DNA of 64,000 nt, taken from the NCBI GenBank assembly GCA_976226885.1, contig OZ320313.1, forward strand, positions 152,644,001 to 152,708,000, written 5' to 3'. Source of the stretch: Iphione sp. A-MEVVRFRX5. Its lineage: Eukaryota. A model generated the notes under the pieces. It saw nothing but the letters and a program-made list of their open reading frames with translations. It was not told the origin of the DNA and searched no databases. Of this stretch, positions 1 to 13,400 are shown piece after piece. Within the stretch, counting starts at the first letter, position 1, and each line of letters opens with the position of its first letter. The translations under genes and the position numbers were made by a program.

Positions 1-3000
1 CATGGGAGAGGCTCTTGGTCTAATATTAATACTTTTTATGTGGTAGACTGAGACTTTATTTGGCTATAAAAAGGCTTTGTTCTCACGGATAGATTGGGTT
101 GTGAAGAGAGATACCTGTATATAGTTGGAGGGTAACCATTTCACCCTGTGAGGGTTAGTAAGGCGTTTATACATTCCCAGGGTGTGGCATAGTAATTAAT
201 GCATGTTATGGTATTGGTAAGCAATGTGCCAATGAATTAAAATCGTATACAGATACAACATATATTACGTATAACATTATATTAGCAGAGAAAGCTGACA
301 GATAACATTTGCTAGTCAGGTATGATGAGTAATTCCCAAAGATTCATTACTGATGGATTTATGGAATATATGAGAATTAAAACATAGATATTAACTTACT
401 TTCAAAGGAATACTACCTTACAGCTCTTTAGGTTTCAGTCATATCTCAGAATGATAGAGTGGTGCCGAGAAAGGATCAATACTTTCTACGGGGTAACTGT
501 GTCAAGCACTTTTCAGAGCAGTACATGGGATGTATTCCAAGCTGAAGCTGTATGTCATGTACAATATCACTGTGGGTTCATACCATGCCAGTACTATAGC
601 CTTTCACATGCTTGAGCATTAAGAAGCCAAGGACAATGATTAGCAGGGCTGTACGGGCGATCGTGTCTAAGAAGCATTAACATTGTCCTCTCTCCAAAAA
701 CGTTCATGCTAGGAGCGACTCTAGTCGAATCAGGGAAGACTAGCTGAAAACGCTGGTTATCAAGGTTTATTGGCACGTTTTCAGGTTTGCATGATACTGA
801 TTGAGAATCGTTTACACTTAAGTGAGGCTGTTAATAAATTGTACTTTCAGGAAGTGTTACTGTGGTAAAGCTTTCCATTTTACATTCGCCCGGGAAAGCT
901 AGGCATGTCGTCTCGTTTTGCCCGTCCCCCTTTATCCTGCCTTCCCGAACAACCTAAGGCTATTGGAGACTGGCGTAGCGTTTTGCTACATCATTAACTA
1001 CGTCATCAATTCACCTCTCATTTCAGCAACATTTCATCCTGATTATGCTGGAAACCCCGAGTACGCATGCCTGAGAGTTGTTGAGTAGAATAACATCCAC
1101 TGGTGTTTCCTATGCCTCACTCTAGCCACTTAAATTGGCCACAGCGCCACGTGATAGACTCACTTAAACCACAGTGCCACGCTTTTGGCTATCAGCTCTA
1201 CATTATATGAAAGTAATATTTTCAAAAGTAATTTACAACTGGTGCGCACATGAAACCAGTTATGTTAGTTACACTATCCTCTGCAATTCAAAATAGAAGT
1301 TTCATCCATTGAAAAGGCAAAAGAGAGTGCAATTGTGATACAGTGGGGGTTTTATCTTAATTTTTATATATTTAGGAATCACATATTGCGCTAATTGTAA
1401 TATCAGATCAACATCCCTTGCCTTAGTACGCAAAAACAATTAATTTTTCCTTTAGAAAAGAACCAGCAGGGTGGTGAATTTAATAGGAAACCGTAAAGAC
1501 CATTAGCATTCTACCATCTACATTGTCTGCCTATCCCTCATTTATAAAACAGTGGGTATGTTACGATCTCTATTTTCTAATGCAACACTGTTTAAAACAA
1601 AAGGCCTTCTACCATTAATTTTGACAATTTGCCTAATTATTCGTCAGTCTACCCAGCTGGCTTTCTATCATCTATGTTGTTTATTTGCTCCTCACTATTT
1701 TGAGCGTTAGAAAACCATTAGGGCTCTGGTACCTATATTGTCAAATCAGGTCCCATGTTAACAATGTTACAAGACCATGGACATTCTAATATCTATGCCG
1801 TCAACTTAATCCTCTGTATCATATCTGACCAGCGGCGTTCTAGCACCAATGCTGCCCGCTTATTCCCGTGTATTATTTGAATTCTTGCCAGCTGTTTCTA
1901 TATAAAGCATGCAGGTGCCTCTATCACCGGAATTTGAGTAACCATTTCCATCCATACAATATTACACTGTGGTAAGGAGCTTTTCTACCCGTTCCTATGT
2001 TCACTTCGAGGTAAAATCATTCTTTCTATAAAAATGGTGCCTGTCATTGCTGGAGCTTTTCAAATCTGCGTCGGTCGAGATGAACTAATTTGTCCTCATA
2101 TCATTCAGCTGCTCTATTGTTCCATCTAGGAGAGACCTTTCCAGTTCCACGAACTTCCATACCTGTTTGATGACAATTCTGTACTGAAGCCATCTCGCTG
2201 AATCACAGCATTTCGAAAGGATTCCTTGAGATAGTCATAATTTCCAGTGTTTTCAATAATCGTTTTCTTGGGTTGATACATTTATGGTGATAATGGGATA
2301 AAAATACAAAAGACTGACTGACAACAGCAGTGATTAGTATTACTCACTTACTGCAGCACACACTGATCTGGATGATGTATGTTTGTCTTTTGCACTACCA
2401 TGGCAGACTAATAGCACTGCATTGATAACCTTGGGAGATTCTACACTCCTTATGAAAATATAGTTAAACAAAATGAATCTATGTTCTTAAATGTACTGTG
2501 AAGACAAATGCAGTAGTTAAAATATGTTTGCTAAGAGGGTAACATCAGAGTACTACATGGCTCCCTTCAGGTTCTTAAATACCATACCCTTTAAAAACCT
2601 TGCTTGACGAAGTAAGTTAATGAGGGGAACAGAGATGAAACATGAAGTATCCAAAATCTGAATAATGCATACTGTCTTTGGCACTTGAACACAAGAGCGC
2701 ATTCCTACCTTACAGTACCATGAAAAGAACTCAGCGGACTGCTACACCCTTTCAAAGACCTTTCCAGAAAGAGTGTCATTTTTGTCATAGTTTATGGACA
2801 CCTGAGAATAAACAAAGTCCCATAACAGTCTTTTGTACAAGACGGAATGCAGCAGAGAGTGCGCAGTTTGAATGTAAAAAAAGTTTTGTACAGGTTTTGA
2901 TTTTAGCATCTGTTCAGCTGCGTTCCCCTTTGTAACTATATATTCAGTCGTCCTTTTAATGCAGCCTTCATCGAATACTTATAGGAAAAGGAAGTGAAAC

Positions 3001-6000
3001 GTGAAGCTATGTCTTATTATTTCATTTAGGTTTCACTGGAAAAGATTGAAGACTGTTTATCATAGCAAATGTTGATACTATAAAAAACAATGTTATTTAG
3101 TTCAGGTTGAATATTTTAATCATTACAGACATTAGTTTTGCGTTCAATATATTACATAATTACAACACCAATTTGTGATTTTATTCTATTTTCTAATACA
3201 ACAACATATCCTATCTAAAACATGCTTCATTCAAACAGGTATCTTGAAAACCATAAAGATCAATGCCTTGGCTTGGAAAGGAAACGCATAAGACTATCTC
3301 TACACTACCTGAAGAAAAGATAATTACCCATTTATCATTATACCACGTCAATTTACTTCAGTAAGTCTACGTAATATTAGAAATTTCAACAACTAATATC
3401 CCCTCTCTCATGGTTTGTAAAGAGAACAAAAGATGATACATTTTTATATTCTACTGATGCCTACCACTTTTACAACTTCAATTGGGCCCCTCCGATGGCT
3501 AGAAAATATACTGACATTTAATTTTATTGTGGAGTTGAAATGAGCTTCTGTTGTTAGTGATTATGTACACATAACATAATATGCCTATTAAAGACAGCCA
3601 TCAGTGTGATCATTGAAAGAAATTGGACTTAATATTTCCTACAAGACGATGAAAAGAAGTCATTTGGAAGTGGAAGCACGTTTCTTGAAAACTCGATCAA
3701 TGACTGAAAAATAAATACATTGAAATTGATTTTAATGCTAGAGATATAAAGAATGTACCTGTTCGCATGCGCAGCACTGTGAAAAGCGTAAATATATTTA
3801 CACACCTGAGAGCATATTTAACGTTATTGGCATTTTGCACAGACGTCACAACAGAAACACAGTGATTGTTCACAACTTGGTGACAGGGTTTCCGATATCG
3901 ACAGCGCCTCTAGGGTTAGGGGTTAACTCAAGGTCACCACCAACTGGTATCGTGCTTGAGACCGAGCAAACAACACATTATACATTTAAAGGGTAGATTC
4001 TGACAGCAAAACCAGGAAGGCAGTGGCAGAAAAATACAGAGAAGCTTTGCACATTGAACATCACCTGGGGGCTCTAGAATTAATACGCATGAATTTGGAC
4101 TTATAGAACTAGGAAATATTACATTCCCGACACAGCCAAGGGCCACCGTGACGCTGTGTGAGAGATGACAGTCATGAAAAGGGTGGCACCTATCAACAAA
4201 AGTCTTCGGACCATTAACTCTAGCATGCAGCGTTAGGCAAGACTTCCTACATTACCATATCCGCAGTAATATATGTATTTATATATGTATATATATCTAC
4301 GTCTTCACCGCATGTAAACACCCAGGCCTATTACTATGCTGGGATTATATGTGCACGTCATTACAATCATGGTTAACACCTTCTTTTACAGGAGCAACAT
4401 AGAATAAACACCGATAATTCTATTCCCGATGGCAAACATCAATCTCTTGAGTCCAGGCCCATCGGAAAGATATATTATCAGTCTTTAGCCGAAAAAACTC
4501 CGTTTAATATTTTTAGGTAACATAAAACCAAATATATAGTTAAATGCCACCTACAACGAAAAGAGAAAGGTAGTAACTCGTTCTTACAATATCTAGGAGG
4601 CTTCATCCCAGTCGGTTGTCGTTCTAAATGATTAAGAATAGGCCAATGTGTTTTCAAAGGATCTATAACCACTGCAGTCAATGTTATAGCGGACACTGAA
4701 GATGCGAGGGAAAGGGTACGGATGAGGGGATAGGTGGCCCATACCGGATGGGTAGTAAGAAGGGTAACTCAGCTGCCGTTTTAATTAAATAATTATAGCA
4801 ATGCACATCCTCAAACGTCCAGAAGAGGGAAAACACCTAAACATCTAACTCAGTTTCCAGTATGGAGGAAAGGATTTCAAAAAAAGAGTTACAACCGGAA
4901 CGACTTGGACACCAATGCATTTAAATATAGGCGGCCACCATTCAAGGTCACAGCGACTAGTTCTTATTTGTATTTGTTTAATCTGGCGGGCGGGCAGTCA
5001 GCACTAAAGTTGAAGGGAACATGCCTACATAGATGACCTCGAAAAAGCGGCAGAAACAGTTTATGGATCTAGCATGTAGTTATAGTGGGGATGGCAAGGG
5101 TAGTGGGCACAGAAAGGACGAGAAGGCTAGAGGGAGAGACAAGAAAGGGTGAAGGTAAGCTCTCAGAGAAATACAGACAGGGAGAACAGGAAAAAGAGTG
5201 AGAGGACAGTCGAGTTTCAAGCCGCATTGTTGTTGAGTATTGAGTGCTATAGAGTTGACACACACGCGGGTGGCGGCTACAGTTGTCACAACTGGAGGGA
5301 ACACCAAGTCAGTTGTTGTACAGGTCATCGTACATCGGTGCTTATATGGATAAGGATCATACTATGTTCGCCCACCTGGACCGATCTTGCTGTTTGCCTA
5401 CCCGTGTGTTCGCTGTCTTTGGTACCTCTTTCACTTTGGGGTTCTCTCGGATATACCATAATCTGGAAAGGTCAAACGGTCAGCTCAAGGTCATACAAAG
5501 ATCATCGTGGAGAGAGAACCGCACTCGATCATGTACGAGCTGCAAAGGTGGCGGTCAGAAGGAAAGTCTCCGTGTCATTTGGAGGAAATGTAAGCAGCCA
5601 TATCATATAGGATCATTATCAAAGACCACGACCTTCAATAAAGGTTTGATCAACACCAAAGGGTGTTTCGTGTTGATACAAACCGTACGAGACTAAATAT
5701 ATATGTAAATAAACGAAAAACGCAATCAAGATAAAGAAACATATAGAGCCCAATGCTTACAATTAGATAGAGCTAGTCATGCATTCATTCTGTCGAGCTA
5801 AAATGCAATGCGAGAATACCAAAAGGTGAAAAAATATCAAACGATGACAACCTTAAACCATACAAATGCAAACAAAAGAGATAGGTTCAAGAAAAGATTG
5901 AGTTTTTTCTTTGAGCACAGATACGGTTGTAATTGTCTTACCTTAAACCTTTGACATATATGGCATAGTTTCCTTTGGGAACAAACATTGGCGACTCTGA

Positions 6001-6329
6001 TGTTACTTCGCTTACAGATGACACTTTCTTTTCGATGGTCTCACACTTCACCAGGTGAATGTCTGCATTCTCTGCCAACCAACTATTGGCCTTTGGTATC
6101 AAAGTACTGAAAAGAGAGGGAAACAATAGGCGTGTACTTGGCAGGACACTCACACACAGTGTCATGTTACAAATAAATGAAAGCAAGTTCACCTTCTTGC
6201 AAACCCTAAAATTAATATACAATTGTATCGTACTGGCATACCTTCACTGGGAAAGACTACGTGATGAAGCCTACGTTAAACACAATTACCGTATGCTTAT
6301 ACATAGCTTTTGGAGCTGTGGGGACGCCT

Positions 6330-6918
6330 AGGAGCGGGGCGGATAGGAGACGGGGGTGGGGGTCATTGGGCTGGGATTAATCTAAGACCACGGACGTGGA
6401 CCTCCAGGGCATCTCATTCAACATAAATCGGCCGCCGTATCGGCCGATAGCAGTAAGAGGAATGCGGCGCGGCCTGTCTCCATGTGTTTTAACCTGGGCG
6501 CCGCCGCCGGCTCTTCCCACAAGACAGGCGGCTGGCTGGCGGGAAGGAGGAGGGAGGGCAGGCGGAGGTGGTGGAGTGGTTTGGTGGTGGGTGGTAGTTA
6601 CATGGGCGCCGTCAAGCCGGCGAGACCCACGGTGGCGGCAGCTGCTCTCGGCCCCAACCGTCACTAAGTGCTCCGGACACCGCCTGTATGGCCCTCCGGA
6701 TCACACCCATCACGACGGCGACAAATCCGAGCAGGCGGGCTCGTTCTTCACGGGGACTGTCCTGATCTAGCGGCGTGCGCTTTTATGTCACCTTCATCAC
6801 TCACATGCGACAGGCACGGCTTCAGACAGCCACCCTCGCCACCATCAGCCCTTCGACTGCCCGTATTTTTACCATCAGCCCTCCTGCAAGGCGGAACATG
6901 GCAGGCATCTAGACGGCT

Positions 6919-6920
<2 letters not shown>
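6330..6920. promoter_or_regulatory. CpG-rich island
   Basis: High GC/CpG content, G4 motif, GGGATTA site, inverted repeat TCGGCCG..CGGCCGA; followed immediately by (CT)n. Confidence 0.45.
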
Positions 6921-6921
<1 letters not shown>

Positions 6922-6977
<56 letters not shown>

Positions 6978-6983
6978 CTCTCT
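6922..6983. repeat. (CT)n microsatellite
   Basis: Seen directly. Confidence 0.99.
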
Positions 6984-7162
6984 GTCCCTTTCTCTTTCTT
7001 ACTCTTTCTCTCTCCCTACTTCACTATCTTCATTCCAGGGTGTCGGTCTGTCGCGCCTCTTCCATATGTAACTTTCTTTATCTCTATTTCTCTTTCCTTA
7101 CCTGTAATTCTTTTTCCTTCTGTTTCTGTCACTATCTCTCTCCTCTCTTTCTACATCTCTGC

Positions 7163-7167
<5 letters not shown>

Positions 7168-7205
<38 letters not shown>
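7168..7205. repeat. (CT)n microsatellite within a CT-rich tract (6920-7430)
   Basis: Seen directly. Confidence 0.99.
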
Positions 7206-7210
<5 letters not shown>

Positions 7211-7499
7211 GCCACTTCTTTGGTATCAATATCTGACAGCTCATTATACATCACGGCCTGCCTCAATCTGGCTCTCAGGACTTGTCTCCGTTTGCATACC
7301 GCTTTCGTTCTCTTCCTTTCTCTCTGGATTTCTCTTAATTTTCTTCCTCTACTGACCTCTGCTTAACTCAACCCTTTCGCTTTCTCTTTACCTCGCTCCG
7401 AATTTCTCTTACCCCTCCCTCAACGCCTTGCGTCAATCTGTCTGTTTGGCTGTTTCTGTCTGCTTCTACTTCTACAACGTTATCACATTCACATGCATT

Positions 7500-7900
7500 A
7501 TTCCAATGCCAGCGGAACTATTTCAGAAATGCTCCGCTGTCAGGAGCAGCGCGACGAACACGGAAAAAGATGTTAAATTTAAACGACGACAGATCAGGAT
7601 GGATCATCGTCGTTATAGGGCGAATCCGACAGAAGTCCCCCGAAGGAATGTGGTATGCAAATGGACATTTTTCAAGTGGAGAGTACACGCTGCGGTCCAA
7701 TCACGTCATCATTTATTAAATTCACCCACACTGTAGGACCGTGGAGGGAACCTGGCCTGTTCAGCCAAGACAGTGCACCAAACCTGGCCTGCAAATCGAG
7801 GGGCATTTATTACGCGGTATCTTGGGTAGGAAAAACGAATCGACTATCTTTAGAACGTAGAGCGTTGGTCGGGCCAGTCGCGGTTTCCGGTGGGGGTAGT
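7500..7900. promoter_or_regulatory. Enhancer/promoter-like module between CT and GA tracts
   Basis: Octamer ATGCAAAT 7655-7662, CCAATCACGTCAT 7697-7709, CATTTATTA twice. Confidence 0.35.
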
Positions 7901-7995
7901 TTGATGAGGCGAGGAAGAGAAGGAGGGAGCGAGAGGGAGAAGAGGGGAGGAGAAAGGAGGACAGAGGAAAAGAGACAGGAGAGAGATGGAAAGGA

Positions 7996-7999
<4 letters not shown>

Positions 8000-8065
<66 letters not shown>
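8000..8065. repeat. (GA)n microsatellite within a GA-rich tract (7900-8330)
   Basis: Seen directly. Confidence 0.99.
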
Positions 8066-8068
<3 letters not shown>

Positions 8069-10265
8069 CAGGGAGAGGGAAACAGCGAGAGCAGGCTGGC
8101 ATAGAAGAAATAATGGGAAAAGCGGAAATAGGGAAGGGAAGTGAGGGAAACTGTTAGCGTGAGGAAGAGGGATACTTCCAGAAAAGGAGAACAAGATGAA
8201 TGGAAGATATAGGGGAGACATAGCGGGAAAGCGATAGCAAACAATATACATCTATACAGACAAAGGCAGCGGGAAGATAAAGAGTGTGAGAGAGTAAGAA
8301 ACATCGAGACAGAGAGAAACTGAAGAAGTCCCTGTGCCTAAGATTCTTCCTCTGTCTCTAGCAGGACAAGCATAAGACAAGCAGGGTAGGAGAGCCTGAG
8401 GCTGAGGCTTGTTTCTTGATTGATGGAAGGACGGGCCAAGGGGTGCAGCGCTCCCGTCGGACCCGCAATGTAATTAGGGAGGTCTGTATACATTGTTTGG
8501 GAGAAGGGCAGCATGGGGCTGGCAGACCAACAAATTGGACCCCTGTAAAGATTCTACTGTTCGGCCTGTCTTTTACCTCAGGTTCCGATCGATAGGCCGT
8601 CCTGGTCCCGGTGTATGGATTGCAGAGGGGGTTATCCTTGATATGGGGGTGAAATGCCTGACAGGTTCGCACATACACGGCACGGATGTAAATTGTAGTC
8701 ACAAACGTACAGAATAAAGGAACAAATAGAAACAGTGTACTCATGTATACATTGTAGGCCTATATAGTAAAGGACAATTACAGGGAATCATATTTAATGC
8801 AAATGAATATGCTCTCTCAAGTACCTAAAGATATCAGTCTAATGGGCAGGTGAAGAGGCAAAATATCCCTTGGAAAATGTATCCTGATGAAGGATTCGTT
8901 ATTTCTATCGGCCAAAATAGTACAAGACTAGCTTTATGTCCTAAATTCCAAAAGAAAACAGGTTTGTGACACATTCCATTTGTCTCTATTCACCATGACA
9001 GCTTGGCTGTACATCACTACAGAATAAACTGTTCTTGAGCACTTGCAGTGCTCTGTTAAGAAGAATCATATCCACGTGGTTAAATACTCTTTGTTTACAG
9101 TACATGTAGCCTGAGAACCACGGAGATCTACCGTCGTAGGAGGAAAGGGCTAAGAAGGATAAAACACCGCCATGACTGATACCTTCGTTTGGCTAGACAG
9201 AATAGGTAACCTCCATTGACTCGGTTATCATCATCAGCACCATCGCCATCACCCTCATACGTGAATTTACTTACACAAGTTAAACAGTTCTTTCTGTTTA
9301 TCCATCAGTTATCTTCTTGAATAAGATGCAGACCGACTGAGTACACTTTAAATGAAATTTTAAAGTTCATTAATTTTATTGTGTAGGTGGCAAAAACAGT
9401 GTAGAACCCAGGTGTGACAACACAAACTCTGTTATGGGGTGTTCCTGCCCATGAATACAGCCTACACACCTCTGACCCATGTCTCAGTGAAGGGGCTTGT
9501 GAAAATAGTTCCTGCCTCCTGAGGTTTGATCCCCTCTCTCATAACTGGGTTAGGCAATTTTACATCCCTTGTGTTATTATACTGGTATCCATAACTCTGT
9601 TGTTCATTCCATAAATGCTAGATCTGTGGCACTGATACCCTCCCCTTTATATATTCTCCTGTCTTTTAATTAATATGCATAGGGGCCCCTAGTACTCATA
9701 GGGGCTGTATGCATGTATGAGCACTGGGGTTCTTCCACCCATTGGTAAAAACAGTCCAGTGTTGATACAGTGAGTCCTTCTGTGTGTCAATTGGGAAGAA
9801 AGGGTGGTAATGGTCTCATCAGGCACCATAGGGGCAATATATTTTAGGAGTCCCAGAATAAGTGTAGTGAGACTAGTTGTGATGGCCCCAGTGTAGATGG
9901 TCTATAGGTGTCTTGAACTTCTCCTGGTCTCTTTCAGGGCCATATGTGTGCAAGTCTCATGATGAACCTTGAGAAGGTGTAACCCCTCCAGAAAAGGGGC
10001 TTAGTGGGAAGCCAGAGGTATCCCACCCATGGAATGCTTAAGGGTCAAATATATATCCCCATTCCTTGGGAAATTGTATGTGTCATGCAGGGAGAGGTGT
10101 GTATGGTTCAAGCAACCATTGCTGTAGAGTAAAACCCTCTTCCCATTTCCTATGGCAGAAGTTGACCAAGGCCATGGATGTAGAGTACAAACACAATTTT
10201 TTATGTGGCTAGATGGCCAAGGTCCAGGGAGGGAGAGGGTCTCAGTTATATTCTGAAGCTATAGC

Positions 10266-10450
10266 ATTCAGGCCTAGTGGGGCTTGTGTACATAATCTGT
10301 GAATCCACATGAATTCTATCCTCTGTCATAGTTTGGTAGTGTGTGGCTTTTTTGGATCACTATGTATGAAGTCTACTATATGGAGGGTAACATCCTTCAG
10401 GCCCCGATGAGAGCCTTCATTTAAAGGAGTGGGCACTAGGTGAGTGTCTA
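10266..10450 (-). mobile_element. Penelope-like retroelement fragment, GIY-YIG endonuclease C-terminus
   Basis: Translates VDTHLVPTPLNEGSHRGLKDVTLHIVDFIHSDPKKPHTTKL*QRIEFMWIHRLCTQAPLGLN, matching the E-x-x-WI-x-x-L-x-T-x-x-P-x-GLN ending typical of Penelope-like elements; one in-frame stop. Confidence 0.75.
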
Positions 10451-13400
10451 CATTGTGTGTGCTGTTGTAGAAAATAAATTAAGTTCATTAATTTTATATT
10501 ATATATATTATATTTTCCAATGTGTGTATGTGAATTTAATATCACAGATTTTATTGTTATGCTGACAAAATCCACTAATACGCTGCTTAATTTCATCGAC
10601 CTTATATTTACCCCGTGCATCATGACAAACAGTTCCAATTGCTCGTTTCCTTGGACGTCCAATAGCTCCATGTCACCCCCCCCACCCCAAAGCACTCCAC
10701 TGAAACTTTCTACATTTGGTACATACTCTATATATATTTTCAGTATGTATGCTCCTGAAAGCTGAACTGAGCCCCTGTTGGAGTACCTAGTGTACCACGT
10801 CTCCCGGGTAACAATAAAGCTGCTTTTTTGCTCTAGTTGTCATATATCTTTCATTATTTCTTTGTTTCCCTCTGCTAACGTGTCTTGTGTTGGTAATGGT
10901 TTCCTTGACTTCACCTCACTCTCTCCTCCTTCTGCTACTCATTATATCCCTTCCCTTTGTCTGCCCTTGTTCAACTTTGCTCTCGGGCCCTATTTTTTTC
11001 TACACACTTCCGGTGCCTCTTCCTTGTTGATGCCTTATCATCAGACATCCAGTGATTCCCAACTTATACGTCATCGCTAATGGACACTGGAGCATAACGA
11101 GGCACTCTAAGTCCGAGGGAACCCATATATAACACCAAGAGACACGTCAATTTACCTGTCCTAACTGGTATAAATGTCCCTTATTATCGCTCATTATTTA
11201 GCAGCACTTCCGGCTGTCGCAGCCGTTCGCTCCGGACGCCCTCTATCGCCACATGAAGAAAACTTCTCCTGTGACATTCCTCACATTCAATTAGGATCCT
11301 GGCTTCACGCACATATTGTACATGCTCTATTGTTGCCACAAAACTAAATGAATTGTGGGTTTTGGTAACTAGAGTAACATTTTGAGAAACTGAAAGCAGT
11401 CTTAATCGAACCTTAACTCGTCTATTATTGGTTTAAAACGCAAAGATTTATCCCGCGTAACCTTTTATGCATTGAATTCTGCATAATCTATAATACGTTT
11501 TGGATTCATTTGTTAGAGATTCAAAATTTCTTCTCAACAAAACGAGATTTATCTAGTCTTCCACGACCTCGTCCGGAATTCCGATTCCACTCGAGATCAG
11601 TATTAACGTTCCTGATTGGTTCTTCGAAAAACGACTTTTGAATTTGAAAGAAAGAGTTATAAAAATGATTTATTTCCTGCGTTTAAGATTGGGGTATTCT
11701 ATAGGTTTACAATGGATAATAGACAAAGGGTTGACAGCAGAGAGGGGCGGGGGGATATCCGGTGATGTAGGGCGATGGAAGCCCGCTCAGTGGGTCTTTT
11801 GTTTACCTTGACCATGTCAGTGTTCACCTACAGAGAGCAGGAGTAATTGCTTAAACCCACCGGGGACAGGACGATGCACTGAATGTATCACAACGGTGAT
11901 ACAAGCTAGTGGTATAATATGTGTAGCACAGCGTAAGTTTGTTGGCCTTCATTCATTAATGGGTTCATTAATGGTAGAGAGAGCTGCTAAACGTGAGGTA
12001 GACTCTAGTAGTTCTCACTTGGGAGTGCAAATTCACCTCTAACGATTGCACATTGTTAAAGCAAAAACGGTTAAATCCATGGTATTATAGTCAGGGATAC
12101 GGTTGGGATAAGACCAAACGCTTTTTTAGCCAGGTGCACGGTCATGTTTGCCTCACTTTTGTGTGAACAGTTCAGAGACAAAGTTTATTACCCCAGCAAG
12201 CTAACTGATGAAATAGCTCGTACACTCAGTCTATGCATGGTGTATTTTTATGCATGCTAGGCACACTCTGACATTACATGCACATATTTGTCGATATGAC
12301 TGATTGGCTTTCTGTAGCTTGTAGCTCCTGTGCCCATTGGAAACATGCAAAAAATGTAATACCCTAATCAATCTAAAGCCTAATACAAAGTCTAGCACAT
12401 ATATCAAACTAGGGATTATTCTGATTCAAATAAAGTTTATATTTATTAGAAGTATTCCCAGAAATCAGAAATGAAAATGAAAAGGCCTTATCCTATCTTA
12501 TCCTATATCAATACAGTTAAAAGTCTGGGCCTGTAGTGGTGAAATGGTGTATATTTGGTCCAATAGACGAATCCTGACATATACAGTAGGACGTCCCCTT
12601 GCGGACACGTCTGGGATGTGGACGCTTCTACAATGTGGACGATTTGGAGAAGAACTAACTCTATTCCCATACATAACCATAGTGATCTATAAACTTGACA
12701 CATCTGAGTTTGAGGCAGAACCAAAGGTGTTCGGAGTTAGGACGTTCAACTGTACATCATTTAGGGGCATAGTTCAAACTTGGGTTTGAGCAAGAGTCAC
12801 AGATACAAGAAAAAAAGATAAATACTTTTTTTTATACTGTGGAAGACATAATATCCTGATCCACTCAGCATGGATACTGTATCATTGGTTAACCAAATGT
12901 AGTGGATTCTGGTTTGATGGATCATGCTCTGGCAGTCCAGGATCCAGCTTCCAGACTCTGTAATCTAGGAAAGTTCCCAGAAGGTATTGCAAAATACGTT
13001 GATTGCGAAACAAGATGTTCCTATTGTGCAAGCCATCTAGGGCTCTGACTGTATATAAGAAGGGATGCTTCCTTGAATAAACAGACACTCTCTCACTGTA
13101 CTTCACAAGAGAGAACACCCATGGACTGATATTGTGTACTTGGAGTGAGCCAGATATTTTTGCCTCAAGATTTCTTTATTTTAAATTCTAGCTGACATAG
13201 TGCCTCGTCTGAAGCATGTTATAATACTCTGCGAGTAAGAAAGGAAACAATCTGAACCCCAGGTGTAAGTATTGGTGCAAATGTAGGGCATCAGTTAAAG
13301 CTGCGTCAAGAGCTGGAAATCCTGCTGTGAGGCGAAAAGTATAGCAAAATATCTACATATGATGGATACCATGCTATACCATATATGGATACACCATTTG

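Noticed and set aside
2352-2448. 97-nt minus-strand phase-2 exon candidate (SVESPKVINAVLLVCH...) with a GTAAGT donor as next exon of the main gene
   Set aside because: Phase-compatible but AT-rich, unremarkable peptide and only a moderate acceptor; such candidates arise by chance in 44 kb. Worth checking only with RNA-seq.
3912-3926. TAGGGTTAGGGGTTA as an interstitial telomere
   Set aside because: Fewer than three clean units.
5283-5696. 137-aa ORF with CTSC...CKQPYH (zinc-finger or piggyBac CRD-like)
   Set aside because: Cys spacing does not fit; overlapping ORFs of similar quality on both strands; no splice support.
6668-8304. Long ORFs rich in SL/ER repeats (also 44477-44923, 49902-50653, 53694-54077)
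   Set aside because: Read-through of (CT)n/(GA)n tracts, which lack stop codons.
8880-8935. Hammerhead ribozyme candidates (CTGATGA at 8884; also 34312, 57160 and minus strand 21945)
   Set aside because: None has CTGANGA, stem II, GAAA and a U-H cleavage site together.
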